64,000 bases of DNA from Mobula hypostoma (GCF_963921235.1 NC_086097.1:19284001-19348000), one strand, 5' to 3'. Shown: positions 37,900 through 51,224, counted from the stretch's first letter. A program made the numbers and translations. The notes: generated by a model not told the origin, from the letters alone.

Positions 37900-39925
37900 G
37901 TGTAGCAACTCAGTCCATCACAGCAACCAACCTCTCATCCACAGACTCTTGTCCACACTTCCCTCTGCCTTGGTAAAGCAGCCAACATGATCAAAGACAA
38001 CACCCACCTTTGAAATTCTCTCTTCACGCCCCTTCCCATTGGGCAAAAGATTCAAAAGCCTGCAAGCACTTACCGGCAGACTCACTGACAGCTTCTTTCC
38101 CACTGTTATAAGATTATAGAATCATCTATTAGTTCAATAGATAAACTTCACAATCTACCTCATTACGACCTTTGCACCTCAGTATCTGCTGCAGTGCACT
38201 TTCTCAATAACTGGAACACAACATTCTTCATTCCGTTACTGCTCTTCCTCTGTCCTTAGTGCACTGGATGTGACGAAATGATCTGTATGGATGGTGTACA
38301 AAGTAGTTTTTCATTGTATCTCAGTACATGTGACAATAATAAACCAAGTTAGTTGATTAAAAAGAGCACCGGACTGGATGGACCTAGGCTTACAGCAGGA
38401 AGTTGTGACAGGTGGATAAACTGGGAGGTGTGTCTGGGTGGCGTAGAAAACAATATTTCTTTGAGGCTATGTAGGAGTGCACGAAAGAAAGGAGTGTGGT
38501 GTGCCCTGTTCTCACTGTTACCATCAGGAAGGAGGTTCAGAAGCCTGAAGGCACACACTCAGCGATTCAGGAACAGCTTCTTCCCCTCTGACATACAATT
38601 CCTAAATGGACGTTGAACCCGTGAACACTACCTCACTTTTTTAATATATATTATTTCTGTTTTTGCACTATTTTCAATCTATTCAATATACAAATACTGT
38701 AATTGATTTACTTATTTATTTATTCTTCTACATTATCATGTATTGCATTGAACTGCTGCTACTAAGTTAACAAATTTCATGACACATGCCGGTGATAATA
38801 AACCTGATTCTGATTCTGACTTCTCGGGTAGCAGAGAATATTGACTGACTGACTGACTGACACATGCAAAAACACCTCACTTCCAAAGTCAGAAGATTCA
38901 ATCCTGACCTCAGGTATTTTTCTGTGTGGAGTTTGCCAGCTTATGTGGGATTCTCCTGACTGTCCCATTTACCTCCCCTCCCCCAAAGACAGGTTAATCT
39001 GCTGCAGTAAATTATCCCAATGGTGGATAACAGAGAGAGAAACAAGCCAAAGAGGAGTCGATGGGCTTGCGGGAATGAGTAAATTGCAAAGTCACAGGGA
39101 AATAAGGAGACAGCAAATGAGACTGAAGGGATTGGTTTATTAGGAACTGGCATGGCCCTGATTGGCTGAATGACCATGTCCTGTGCTGTGATAGGTGACT
39201 TTGTTCGCCACACCTACAGCATGTCACTCAATCAGATTAGCACTGGGGCCTCTGCTGGTGTAGAAACAAAGCACGGTTAATCAAAAAGTGGGAAAGAAAT
39301 CCTCAGGCAATTCTGCCTCATAAAATGTTTTGTATTTACTCTACAATTATAAAAGTTTGCCTCGCTCACACAGTGGAGAGCATCCTAACAAAATGCATTA
39401 CTGCTTGGTACGGAAGCTGCAATGTGGAGGACAGGAAGGCTCTACAATGGGTAGTCAAAACTGCCCATCGCATCACCAGCACCACCAAGGATATACATAC
39501 AGAAGAGTGCCAGAATAGGGCCAGTAACATCATGAAGGATCCAACCACCCTGCTCAAGCACTCCCATCAGGGAGGAAGCTACGTAAGTCCACGCCAGGAC
39601 CACCAGACTCAAAAACAGTTACCTTCCTCAGGCAGTAAGGCGTGATCAACACTTCCACCCTCTAACCCACTCCCACACCCCCAACCGCCACTATCATTTC
39701 CTGTCAGTCACCTTATGACAGACACTCCTGTACCTAGCGCCATTTTATGTACATACATACAATCAATCTATGTATAAGTTATCTTATATATTTATATATA
39801 GTGTTTTTATTATTATTGTGTACATTATCTATTTTGTGCTGCATCGGATATGGAGTAACAATTATTTTGTTCCCCTGTACACTTGTGTACTGGAAATGAC
39901 ATTAAACAATCTTAAATCTTGAATA
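37900..39925 (+). mobile_element. Cluster of Rex1/Babar 3' fragments and a V-SINE (about 38830-39200)
   Basis: LFSLLPSGRRFRSLKAHTQRFRNSFFP and ESILTKCITAWYGSC; tails ctgattctgattctga and aatcttaaatcttga. Confidence 0.75.
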
Positions 39926-40174
39926 TTGAATAAAACAACTGGGATTGTCAAATGAACACTCACCGATATCCATTGAGGAAAAAAACTTACCTTTTGAGAC
40001 TCAATTTTTAATAGGTTCACTGGGTTCACAAACAGACTGGGAGGAACATAGAACGTAGTACAGTACAGCATAGGAACGGGCACTTTGGCCCACAAAGTTG
40101 TGCCGAACCAATTAAATTAGTAATCAAATGGCTAACTAAATTAAACTCTTCTGCCTATACAATGTCCATATCAA

Positions 40175-40942
40175 ATGGTTTAATGGGTTCAATTTAATAT
40201 CACAGGATGTATAGAGTATAGAAGCTCAAATTCTTACCCGTCACAGACATCCACAAGACAAGAAACCCCAAAGAGTGAATGATAGTAATATCAGAACCCC
40301 GAAGCCCCGGCCTCACCCTGCCACGCAAAGGCAGCAGCAGAAACATCAACCCTCCCCCCACCATGCAAGCAATAGCAAAAGTCCCAAAGAGACCTTGATC
40401 TGGAGTCCATCAAAAGCTACAGTCCATCCCAGCACTTCAGTACCTCAGACAGGCTCTCTGTCACCAGCAAGGGAGAGATCGCTCCTGCACGACGAGGGCA
40501 GGAGGCCAGCAGCTCACTGTTCCGATGTTATAATCTTTCACGTTGCTTCTCCAAGCCCCCCGACTCGGGGACTGATGGGCTCTCATCCTCCATAAAGAGA
40601 GAGAGAGAGAGAGGGATCGCTCAAGTGCTGGGACCTTATTCTGTCAGCAGTGCACGCCACCTCCTGACTCCATATTTCAGTCTCCCACAATGCTTCAGTA
40701 GGCGAAATAAGGAACCGGGCCATCTACGAGGCCGCTCCCTGACGACCATGACGTCCAGGCCGCACCTGAAGATATTGCAATGACAGGCCACGGGGCATGC
40801 AGAGAACTGTAGTCTGAGCTATAGACCACCGGCTCCAACAGAATCCCGGCCACCCTGAAAAGAAAGGAAGAATAACCTGCTTCGTGGACGATCTGGAAGA
40901 AATCACCTGAGTCTACAAAAACCTGTGGTGCCATCTTTCCTA
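40175..40942 (-). mobile_element. Non-coding, non-autonomous retroposon related to 20233-21095
   Basis: Minus strand starts ggaaagatggcacc and ends gatattaaattgaacccattaaacc; inserted in a CR1 3' fragment. Confidence 0.5.
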
Positions 40943-41005
40943 GCTCCATTTTCCTCATATTCATGTGCCTATCTAAATGTCTCTTAAAAATCCTTACCTC
41001 TACCA

Positions 41006-43713
41006 CAGGGGTGTCAAACTACTGGCCCGCGAAGGGGTCCAATCCGGCTCGCGGGATGATCTGGGGGAAAAGAAAAGTATATTCACGACCATTTATTATG
41101 TATCTGTACGGCAGCTGCTCTCTCCCACCGCTGTCTGTGCTGCCTGCTGCGCCGGCAGCTTGTTGTGTAGAAAACAATAGGCGGCAGTTAACCACCCGCT
41201 GTGCATAAGCACCGACCACCCTGCACTGAAGACCACTCGGGCCCCACTTACCTCGTCAGACACAGTATAGTACTCAGGTAAGTAACACCTGTAGCAAGGC
41301 TGAGACTGTTTGCTGCTGTGGTTCAAAATGCTTTCCAAGAAAAGCTGACATCGAAGGTCGGATATTCAACGATAATTGGAAAGATTGTTTTTTCTTCTGT
41401 GAGGTCAACGGCAAACCTGTGTGTCTGATATGCTCGCAACAAGCGGCTGTGGCAAAAGAGTACAATATCAATGAGACGTCGCACGGAGAAAAATATGACA
41501 AGTACGCAGGACGGCTCAGAACGCAAAAGGTAAACAAGTTTGAAGCAGCTCCGAAAAAACAGCAATCAGTGTTCACCAAAAGCCGAGAGACTCATGATGG
41601 AGTTGTCACGGCCAGCTATATTATTGCCAACAAAATAGCTGCTGCGTTGAAGCCATACGCAGAGGGGGAATTCATCAAAGCATGCGTGCTGACGGCGGCT
41701 GAGCTGGTGTGCCCTGAGAAGAGACAGGCTTTTGGTAATATCAGCTTGTCAAGAAATACTGTGGCAGAGAGAATCGGGGACCTTACAGGAGATTTGAACA
41801 GTCAACTAAAACTCAAAGTGAAGTCATTTATTGCCTTCTCTATTGCAATTGATGAGAGCACCGAAGTGACTGATGTAGCTCAATTGGGAGTATTTATTCG
41901 TGGTGTTGATGCGTCTTTGACCGTCACCGAGGAGTTTGTGGAGATGCTGCCCATGACAAACACCACAACGGCGATCAACGTTTTCTCTAGTCTCGTCGAG
42001 GCCTTGGACAGACTGGGGGTTGACTGGAGTCACGCTATCAGCGTGGCCACAGATGGTGCACCGTCCATGGTCGGGAAATGGCAGGCGTTGTTGTGAAACT
42101 CAGAGAGAAAGTTCCGACAGAGAATCCAGAGCAGGAATTCTGGAATGTTCATTGTATTATACACCAAGAGGCATTATGTAGCAGGAGCCTGAAAATGGAC
42201 AATGTCATGGATGTAGTAATCAAAACGGTTAATTTTACTAGAGCCAAGGGACTCAACCATCGGCAATTTGACACTCTTTTGTCCACAAGTAATATTGGAC
42301 ATGGCCTGCCCTACCACACTGAAGTCCGCTGGTTGAGCAGAGGGGTTGTGTTCAAACTTTTTTTTTCAATTACGTGCAGAAATTGGACTATTCATGAACG
42401 AGAAAGGGAAGCCAGTGGCAGAGTTGGATGACCGAGACTGGCTTCATGATCTTGCATTTTTGGTGGCTATAACAGAGCACTTAAATATGCTTAATTTTAA
42501 CATGCAAGGCCACAAGATTGTTAGGGAATACTACGGCAGCATTCGTGCCTTTCAAATTAAATTAGGCCTGTGGGAGAGGCAACAATCCTGGAGCAACCCA
42601 GCTCATTTCCCCTCTTTGCAGTCTGTGCGTGTCACTCATGGGAATAATGACAACATGGACAGGTACAAGGACAAAATATCATGGCTGAAAAGTGAGTTTC
42701 AGAATCGTTTCCAAGTCTTCACTCAGCTCGAGAAGGAATTCTCACTACTTTGCTCACCGTTTGCCATCAACGCAGCATCAGATGTGCTGGAGGAACTCCA
42801 AATGGAACTAATTCAAATTCAGTGTAACTCGGCTTTGAAATATAAATTTGAGACTGCGTGTCTGGACTCATTCTATCAATGCCTGAGACCGAGGTACCCC
42901 AAGATGATAGACTTTGCCTCAAAGATCCTTTTCATGTTCGGGACAACATATCCCTGTGAGCAGGTGTTCTCCATAATGAACATTAACAAATCCAAACTGT
43001 GCTCACAGCTGACACACGGACATCTAAATGACATTATGAAATTCACAACTGCCCAGAAACTGGGCCCTGATGTTGACAGGCTGGTTAAAGCCAAGAGATG
43101 TCAGATGTCTGGAAGCAGCAAATAAAAAATGAGTGACTCTGTTCGATGCACTGCAGATGTAAGCAAAATGCATTATGAAATATTGAGTGTCATAATATTG
43201 TGATTCATTTCTGACTATTCTATTATTGTAAATGTGATCACTTCAATAAAAATTAGAGGCTAACTGTGTTCATTGTCTGAGATTGATTGCTGGAAGCAGG
43301 CTAATAAAAATTAGGTGCAGTTGTGTAGCCTACATTTACAATTTGTTTCGTTAGGTCTACATTTGTGTCTGCTAATGTTTGATTTCAAATGGTTTATTAA
43401 TGGAAAGGGTGTGGTTCCCAAAATAATCTTAGCCAAAATAGCATCATTTTTTCTCTCTCTCATCACAACTTTCTTGTAGCCTAATTGTGAGTTAATACCA
43501 ATCGTAAAAATAATGCTTACTAGGCAACCTTCTTCATAAGAAACAAAATTTGTAATGTGTAGTTATAGTAGAGACCAAGACACATGAGAGCAAGTTGAAA
43601 AGACGAAGACAATGAAAGCTGTGGGAGCACACGCGTGCACAACTGATCCAGCCCGCATGAAGTCGCATTTTGCCCAGTCCGGCCCGTGACCTAAAATAAG
43701 TTTGACACCCCTG
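41006..43713 (+). mobile_element. Full-length hAT (Buster/SPIN/Charlie group) DNA transposon, 2708 bp
   Basis: Perfect 15-bp TIR caggggtgtcaaact/agtttgacacccctg; perfect 8-bp TSD ctctacca (40998-41005, 43714-43721). Confidence 0.96.
41328..43125 (+). pseudogene. hAT transposase (GTF2IRD2/SPIN-like), frameshifted
   Basis: CLIC zinc-finger start; FSIAIDESTEVTDVAQL; VATDGAPSMVG; HCIIHQE; EVRWLSRG; FGTTYPCEQVFS. Spread over ORFs 41419-42096, 42078-42431 and 42346-43125. Confidence 0.93.
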
Positions 43714-43721
43714 CTCTACCA

Positions 43722-46690
43722 CATCCCCAGGCAGCACATTTCAGGCACCACCACTGTGTAAAAATCTTGCCCTTCACACTCCTTTGAACTTACCCCCTCA
43801 CCTTAAATGCATGCCCTCTGGTATTAGACATTTCAGCTCTGGGGGGAGAAAACACTATCTGTCTACTCTGTCTGTGCCTCTCGTAATCTTATAGACCTCT
43901 ATCAGAACTCTCCACTTCAGAGAAAACAACCCAAGTTTGTCCAAACATTCACCATAGCACATGTTCTCTAATCCAGACAGCATCCTGGTAAACTGCTTTT
44001 GTATCCTCTCCAAAGCCTCAACATCCTTCCTTAAGTGGGGCAATCAGAACCATATGCATACTCCAAATGTGGCCTAACTAGAGTTTTATAAAGTTGCAAC
44101 GTAAACTCTTCAGTTTTGAACTCAATGCCTCAACTAATAAAGGCAAACACGTCATATGTCATAGAGAAGTACAGCACAGAAAAGGCCCTTCGGCCCATCT
44201 AGTCCCTGCTGAAAAAGATTTAAATTGCCTACCCCCTATGACCTAACTGAGACCATAGCCCTCCATATCCCTTCTATCTATGTACCTATCCAAACTTCTT
44301 TTAAACTTTGAAATCGAGTTCGCATGGATCACTTGTGCTAGCAGCTCATTCCACACTTTCAAGACTCTCTGAGTTAAGAAGTTTCCCCTCATGTTCCCTT
44401 TAAACTTCTCACCTTTCACCCTTAAGCCATGACCTCTGGTTATAGTCCCACCCAACATCAGTGGAAAAAGCCTGCTCGCATTTACCCTATCTCTACTCCT
44501 CATAATTTTGTATAGCACTATCAAATCTCTTCTCAATCTAAAAAATACAGTCCTAACCGATTTAATGCTTCCTTATACCTCAGGTCCTCCAGACCCAACA
44601 ACATCCTTGTAAATTTCTCTACTGTTTGCACCTTTCCTGTAGGTAGGTGACTAAAACTGCACACAATACTCCAAACTAGGCCTCACTAATGTTTTATACA
44701 ACTTCAACATAACATCCCATCTTCTGTACTCAATACTTTAATTTATGAAGAGCAATGTACCAAAGCTTTCTTTATAACCCCTTCTACCTGTGACACTACT
44801 TTCAATTAAGTGAAACACTATCCTCTGTCTTCTATGGGAAAGCCAGTTCTGAATCCAAACAGCCAACTCACCGTAGATCTCAGGTATCTTAACCTTCTGG
44901 AAGAGTCTCCCATGAAGGACCCTGTCAAATATCTTACTAAAATCCATGCAGGCAACATCCACAGCTCTGCTTTCATCAATCACCCTCATCAGCTCATCAA
45001 AAAACTCAGTCAAGTTAGTAAGACACGACTTGTCCTGCGCAGAGCTATGTTGGTTCTCTTTAATTAGGCCATGGTTTGCAAAATGCTCATAAATCCTATC
45101 TCTAAGAATTCTCTCCAGTAACTTCCTTGCCACTGCCGTGAGACTCAGCAGACTATAGTTCCCAGGATCCTCCCTGGTCCCCTTTTTGAATAAAGGACTT
45201 ATCCACTTCAATGCTCTTTAAAAGATCCAACATTGCCTCCTCCTTTATCTTGAAATGACTTATCTTATTAATACCCTCGACACTGATCTCCCTGTCCTCC
45301 ACGTCCTTTCCTTGGTAAATACTGATGTCAACTACTCATTATGGACCTCATCCGCATCCAAGCAAATGTTCCCTCCTTTATCCTCGAGTGGTCCTGATGG
45401 ATGGTGTTGGCCTCCTTAGTTATCCTCTTGCTCTTGATGTATGTATAGAATTCCTTGGGATTCTCTTCAGTCCTACTCTCCAATGACTTTTCATGGACCC
45501 TCCTGGCTTTCCTAATTCCCTTTATGAGTTCTTTTCTGGTTTCTTGATAATCTTCAAGAACAATGTTTGATTCTAGCTTTCTGGAACAATGAGTACAAAT
45601 CAATAGACAATAGGTGCAGGAGTAGGCCATTCAGCCCTTCGAGCCAGCACCACCATTCACTGTGATCATAGCTGATCATCCACAATCAGTACCCTTTTCC
45701 TGCCTTCTCCCCATATCCCTTCACTCCGCTATCTTTAATAGCTCTATCTAACTCTTTTATGAAAGAATCCAGAGAATTGGCCTCCACTGCCTTCTAAGGC
45801 AGAGCATTCCACAGAACCACAACCCTCTGTGTGAGAAAGTTTTTCCTCAACCCTGTTCTAAATTGTCTACCCTTTATTCTTAAACTGTGGCCTCTGGTTC
45901 TGGACTCCCTCAACATCGGGAACATGTTTCCTGTCTCTAGCGTGTCCAATAATCCCAAATCAGCTGGATACAAAACTCCAAAGAAGTTAGGGTTAGGTTA
46001 AGCACAAGAGATTCTGCAGATGCAGCAAATCCTGAGAAACATGCAAAAAATACCGGTGGAAGTCAGAAGGCCAGCAGAATCTATAGAGAGGAATAAACAG
46101 GCAATGTTTTGAGCCAACACCATTCATCAGGGCTGTTTGGAGTACTGTGTGCCATTCTAGTCAGCTACCTACAGGATACATATCAATGAGATTGAAAGAG
46201 TACGGAGAACATTTACAAGGAGTAGCAGAGACTTGAGGACCTGGGGGTGGGGGGGTGGGGTTACAGGGGAAGATTGAAAAGCTTAGGACTTTATTCCCTG
46301 GAGCTCAGGAGAATAAGCAGAGATTTGATTGAGCTATACAAAATTATGGCGGCGTTGATCGGGTAAATACAAGCAGGCCTTTTCCACCAAGAATGGACAA
46401 GACTAGAAATAGAGTCATAGGTTGAAGGTGAAAGGTGAAATATTTAAGGGGATCCTGAGGGGGAACTCCTGCACTCACAGGGTGGTGAGATTGTGGAACG
46501 AGGTTGCAGAAGAAGAAATCAATGCGGGTTTGAGAAGTTTGGATAAATACATGGATGAGAGGTATGGTGGGCTGTAGCCCAGATGTAGGTTGATGGGACT
46601 AGGCAGAATAACAGTTTGGCATGGACTAGATGGGCCAAAGGGCCTATATCTGAGCTACAGTGCCTTGTGTGGCTCCATGACTTTGTATGA
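43722..46690. mobile_element. Cluster of CR1 fragments (minus 43722-45950; plus 46130-46690) with a PLE end at about 45990-46130
   Basis: PHLRKDVEALERIQKQFTRM; PLFKKGTREDPGNY..DFSKIFDRVLH; multiple CR1 tails. Confidence 0.85.
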
Positions 46691-47629
46691 TTTGAAAAGT
46701 GAGGTATACCTGCACCTCATCCCCAATAATTTGGAGATCAGCACACGCTGATCAAAATGTTCACAAATGGCCACAAAAATATTCTTTCTCAGTGCAGTGA
46801 GGAGATGAGAGATACAGGCCATTTACAGAATCGACACTGAGCGATTTCTCACACTCCAAGCAGTGCAGTTTAAGAAATGAACCGAAGGACTGAAGAAGAC
46901 TGTTGCCTACGGTTACTAATTGCGTAATTATTTCCTGGATGCAGCCTTTCAATCAGTTCTAATGTTCATCTCTGGTTACTGTAGGAGATCGAAGCAGAAG
47001 AAGATTAAGGATATGAGAGTTTATCTGTCAGAAGCAAAAGTTCAGAATAATTTCTAGGGAGTAAAACCCCTGCACATTATACTAAATTAAAAAGTACGAT
47101 AAGACTGGATGAAGTAATAAAGGTTCAGAAGACAACAATATATAAAAGTGTATGGACGTTTTCTTAATACATCATTCTTAAGCGCATTCATATTTGTATT
47201 ATACAACTATAAAAATAGTTTCAAGAGTAACATTGAGGTGGTTTGAAATAAGTTGGTAATTTTTCTCTAACCGGTTTGCTGGCAAACAACTCCTGATTAA
47301 GGGCAGCATTGTGTGATTGAGACAGCAAAACATCTTAGAGTCGGAAGCTCACGCACACACTTATAGGTATGATTACATCATTTTTCTCAATCAAAATTTA
47401 CAGTACACTCACAGCAAAAATCACATTTGAAAGAGATCTTTCTCGGTAATGCTTTATTTAGTGAGTTGCTTTCAACATTCAATCGGTCGGATGAAGATGA
47501 ATGGGCCTTTTCTATCTCCCATCCTCAAAAGATTGTTTCAGAGCTGACATTATCCAGATCAGACTCCTGGAGACACTGGGAATCTGAAATACAACATAAA
47601 ATGCTGGAGATAACCAGTATAGTGACTGT

Positions 47630-48052
47630 ATTTACTTGCTGCCTATTACGCCACTAGCATTTAGGGCAGCAATGAAGGTCCTCCATCTCTGGTGGTGTTC
47701 AGGGCTTCCTTCATCATGTCAGTAGCTTCCTCTCAGTTTTCACTACTGTCAGTCATGCAAGTCCCGGGCGAAGACTCAGGAATACCATCGCACTCAGGTG
47801 TAGAAGAATTCTTCATTGCTGTTTCCATAATAATTTTCTTTGAGCAGTCAGGGTTGTTAGCCTTCAGTGGAACCCTCGAACCTGGAGGTCTGGGGACCAC
47901 TCTTATTCTGGCCTCTACCCTTTGACCTGTTTGGCATGGGTGATCCTATCAAGGGGCAAAGCATAAAGCCCTGACTCCAGCCAACATAGCTCTCCGAGTC
48001 ATTGAGGCACGCAAACCTCCAAACCACGGCAAGGTTGTGGTCCTTTTGGAGG
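47630..48052 (-). mobile_element. Short bipartite RTE-derived element (second copy)
   Basis: Homologous to 28625-29048 with the same junction; TSD-like gtgactgt/gcgactgt. Confidence 0.75.
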
Positions 48053-48089
48053 ATGGCGACTGTGGAGAGTGAAAAAGAGTTGTTGCTTA

Positions 48090-48930
48090 TGTAGTTATTT
48101 TGAGATAGAGCATGAAACAGGTCCTTCCAGCCCAATGAGCTACACTATTCAGCAATCCACCTATTTAACACTAGCCTAAACAAAGGACAACTTACAATGA
48201 CCAGTTAACCTACTAACTGTGGGGGGAAACCAGAACACCCAGAGGAAACTCACATGGTTCACAGGGAGAACGTACAAGCTCCTTACAGATGGCACCAGAA
48301 CTTAATTCCAAACTCTAATGCCCCAAACCTTAATAGCATTGTGCTAATCACTACACTACTGTGGTTTGTTAGTGGTGGTATTTGGACAAGGGAATTTTCA
48401 CCTTTTGGCAACTTTGACCTGTAGTTTGTTTAGTGTACAGGTATTGGGAAGACAGACTTGTCAGGAATTTTGCAGTGTTAATGAATCCCCACTGGCTGAG
48501 TGCCAGTGGATTTCAAAACAAATATAATTGACAAACACTAGAAAATCTGCAGATGCTGGAAATACAAAGCAACCCAGACAAAATTCTGGAGAAACTCGAC
48601 AGGTCAGGCAGCATGTATGGAAGTGAACAAAAAGTTAACTTGTCAGGCCGACACCCATCTTCAGGACTGAAATGAAAGGAGGACGGCAGAAATATAAATG
48701 ATGCATTTTTGTTTAACGGTAATGGGCTCTTCCGACCCAACAACCCCACGCTGCCCAATTACAGCCACATGTCTGATTAACATCATAACCCATACGTCTT
48801 CGGAATGTGGGAGGAAACCAGAGCAGCTGGAGGAAACCCACATGATCATGGAGAAAGCATACAAACTCTTTACAGACAGCGGCAGGAATTGAACCCAGGT
48901 CACTGTGCGCTCTGGTGGTGTTGGGCTAAC
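48090..48930 (-). mobile_element. Two V-SINE copies flanking a PLE terminal fragment (48530-48680)
   Basis: Reverse V-domain ggaatgtgggaggaaaccagagcagctggaggaaacccaca; B-box-like ggaattgaaccc. Confidence 0.65.
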
Positions 48931-49077
48931 AGATGCACCCTCGTCATCACTGACGATTTGCAAAGAGCCTTCAAACAGCAATAAAACCAGCAACAACCGG
49001 GACAGAAAAACTGCAGCAGCAACAAAAGAACAGCAGCATCAAACCAATCCAGCTGTAACAGTAGAACAACAACAAAT

Positions 49078-49580
49078 TGGGTCGGCTCAGGGGAGGTTCA
49101 CCAGAATGATTCCGGGATTGAAACGCTTATCATGTGAGCAGCGATTGAAGGCTCTGGGCCTGCATTCACTGGAATTTAGAAGAATGAGGGGGGATTTCAT
49201 TGAAATCTATCAATTGGTGAAAGGCCTTGATAGAGTGGATGTGGAGAGGATGTTTCCTATGGCGGGAGAGTCTAAGACCAGAGGAAACGGCTTCTGAATA
49301 GAGGGGCCTCCATTTAGAATGGAGATAAAGAGGAATTTCTTTAATTTAACCAGAGAGTGATGAATCTGTGGAATTCACTAACCACAGGTGGCTGTGAAGA
49401 CCAGGTCACTGGCTGCATTTAAGGCGGAGGTTGATAGGTTCTTGATTAGTCAGGGCATGAAAGGTTATGGGGAGAAGGCGGGTGAATGAGGTTGAGAGGG
49501 AAATGGATCAGCCATGATGAAATGCCAGAGCAGACTCGATGGGCCGAATGGCCTAATTCTCTGCTATGGTCTCATAGGTC
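49078..49580 (+). mobile_element. CR1 LINE 3' fragment
   Basis: QGRFTRMIPGLKRLSCEQRLKALGLHSLEFRRMRGD. Confidence 0.85.
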
Positions 49581-49659
49581 AAATGTACAGGTACAAAAGC
49601 AAAGCACTGAAGAACTACCGCCATTGTCAATCAATGGCAGGTGTCACTTGGAGAACAAT

Positions 49660-50060
49660 TGAGGACACTGTAAAAGCAACAGTTGCAAGATCTTGCAAAA
49701 TAGCAGTATTAGCAGTAGTACTGTAACAATAGTAATAGCAATCACAGTATTAGAAACAGCAACAGCGGTGTAACAACAGTCAGCAACAAAAACAACTGTC
49801 GCCCCCGTAGCAACAGTCAGAACTCTGTTATGGTGTTAATGATCACAGAAGCAACAGGAGCAACAGAAACTGCAATAATTGGCGTGATAAGAACACGAAC
49901 AACAGCCTCGCCAACCACAATGAGAACAGCAGCAGAGATTGCAACAGCTGCTGGAGCAGGTGCAGTAATAACCACAGCAAAAGCCACCACAGTCATAGCG
50001 GCAGGAGGAGGACGATGCATGACTCTGAGGCGTTTGATGATGCTGATGAAATGAAGCAAC
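49660..50060. repeat. Degenerate (GCA/ACA/GTA)n low-complexity tract; a related tract lies at 48960-49075
   Basis: Visible 3-nt periodicity, e.g. gcaacagcagcaacagaa. Confidence 0.6.
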
Positions 50061-50277
50061 GGGGAGCCGGTGTCAGACACACTACAACATCCACAAAACA
50101 ATGCAATGGAGTGTTAATGCCTGCAAGAGAGAAGCTGAAGGGCCTTTTCTATTCCTTTTCGCATTTACGTCTGCCCAACAATTCTCAAAGGATCCACAGG
50201 CAGGAATTGAAAGGATCTGATCAAGCTTTGGAGACACTGAACAGGAGTCTACAGATGATGGTATCTGGAATGACATA

Positions 50278-50600
50278 AGACACTGGAGGAACTCAAAAGG
50301 TCGGGCAGCATCTATGGAGGGAAATGGACAAACTGCTCCCCCTCAGTCCCCTTTCTCTCTCCTCCTAACCTACACAGTTCTTCCTACTCTCACCTCAGCC
50401 CCCAGTCACCCTGTTTCTTTCCCCTCTTCCACCACTCCATCTGCCCATCACCTTCACACTCCTCCCACTGTTCCCCTCCCCATCTCCCTCACTTTATTCA
50501 GACCAGATGAAGGGTCCTGACCAGAATGTCAACAGTCCATTTCTCTCCATACATGCTGCCTGACTCACTGAGTTCCTCCAGCATCCTGTATGTTGCACTA
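50278..50600. mobile_element. Penelope-like terminal-repeat fragments in inverted arrangement
   Basis: ctggaggaactca..gggcagcatctatggagggaaatggac versus gtccatttctctccatacatgctgcctgactcactgagttcctccag. Confidence 0.7.
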
Positions 50601-50752
50601 ATCCTCAATGCGTTTCCAGACTTGTACCTGCCAGCCATGGAAGGCCCATCACCACTTTCGCTGAATTGACTTCCATTTCCTGCTCGATTTCTCCCTCACT
50701 TCTCGTAATCATGGAGACAGTTCATCTTTGGAACGTGGGAGGAAGGAAAACA

Positions 50753-50900
50753 AACGCCTGGAGAAAATCCATTGGGTCACATGTAAACACCAATCAAAAA
50801 AAAGCCTGAGGAAATCCATTGGGTGACGTACAAATACCAATGAAAACAGCACCTGAGGAAATCCATTGGGTGACGTGCAACGTGACAAAACAATGCCTGA
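50753..50900. repeat. About 3 copies of a ~45-47 bp tandem repeat within a V-SINE
   Basis: Repeated core cctgaggaaatccattgggtgacgt. Confidence 0.75.
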
Positions 50901-51224
50901 GGCCAGAATTGAACCTGGGTCCCTGGCACTGTGAGGCAGCAGTTCTACCTGCTGTGCCACCATGCTACCCATCTTCTTTGGCAAGTTCTCAGGCAGTTTG
51001 GTCCTAAGGCCCTCACTGCGGAATACCCTGATTGCCCTCGACAAACCCGAGGCAGGGTGTTACCTTCTGTGAAAACCATCAAGGAATTTAACAGTTTTAA
51101 GTTTAAGGACATTGAAAAGCTATTGAAATCAGTAATATCAATTTTAAAATAAAACTATTATATCCAGTGTATATCATTTTTAGATATAAATTATATTAAA
51201 GTATATAAAATGTTTAATAAAAAA

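Noticed and set aside
41328..43125. Domesticated host gene (GTF2IRD2/ZBED/EPM2AIP1-like)
   Set aside because: It is frameshifted and bounded by intact TIRs and a TSD inside a LINE, so it is a transposon copy.
48000..48052. HDV-like ribozyme at the 5' end of the short RTE elements
   Set aside because: The pairings (cctccaaa/tttggagg, accac/gtggt) form a simple hairpin. I could not identify G1, P2 or J4/2.
49660..50278. Thr/Ala-rich and Asn/Ser-rich ORFs as a mucin-like host exon
   Set aside because: The degenerate trinucleotide tract is open in several frames and on both strands, I see no clear splice sites, and a related tract upstream is separated from it by a CR1 insertion.
50753..50900. 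Repeat-spacer-like array (CRISPR-like)
   Set aside because: The 'spacers' are similar to each other, there are only about 3 units, and the array lies inside a SINE in eukaryotic DNA. It is a minisatellite.
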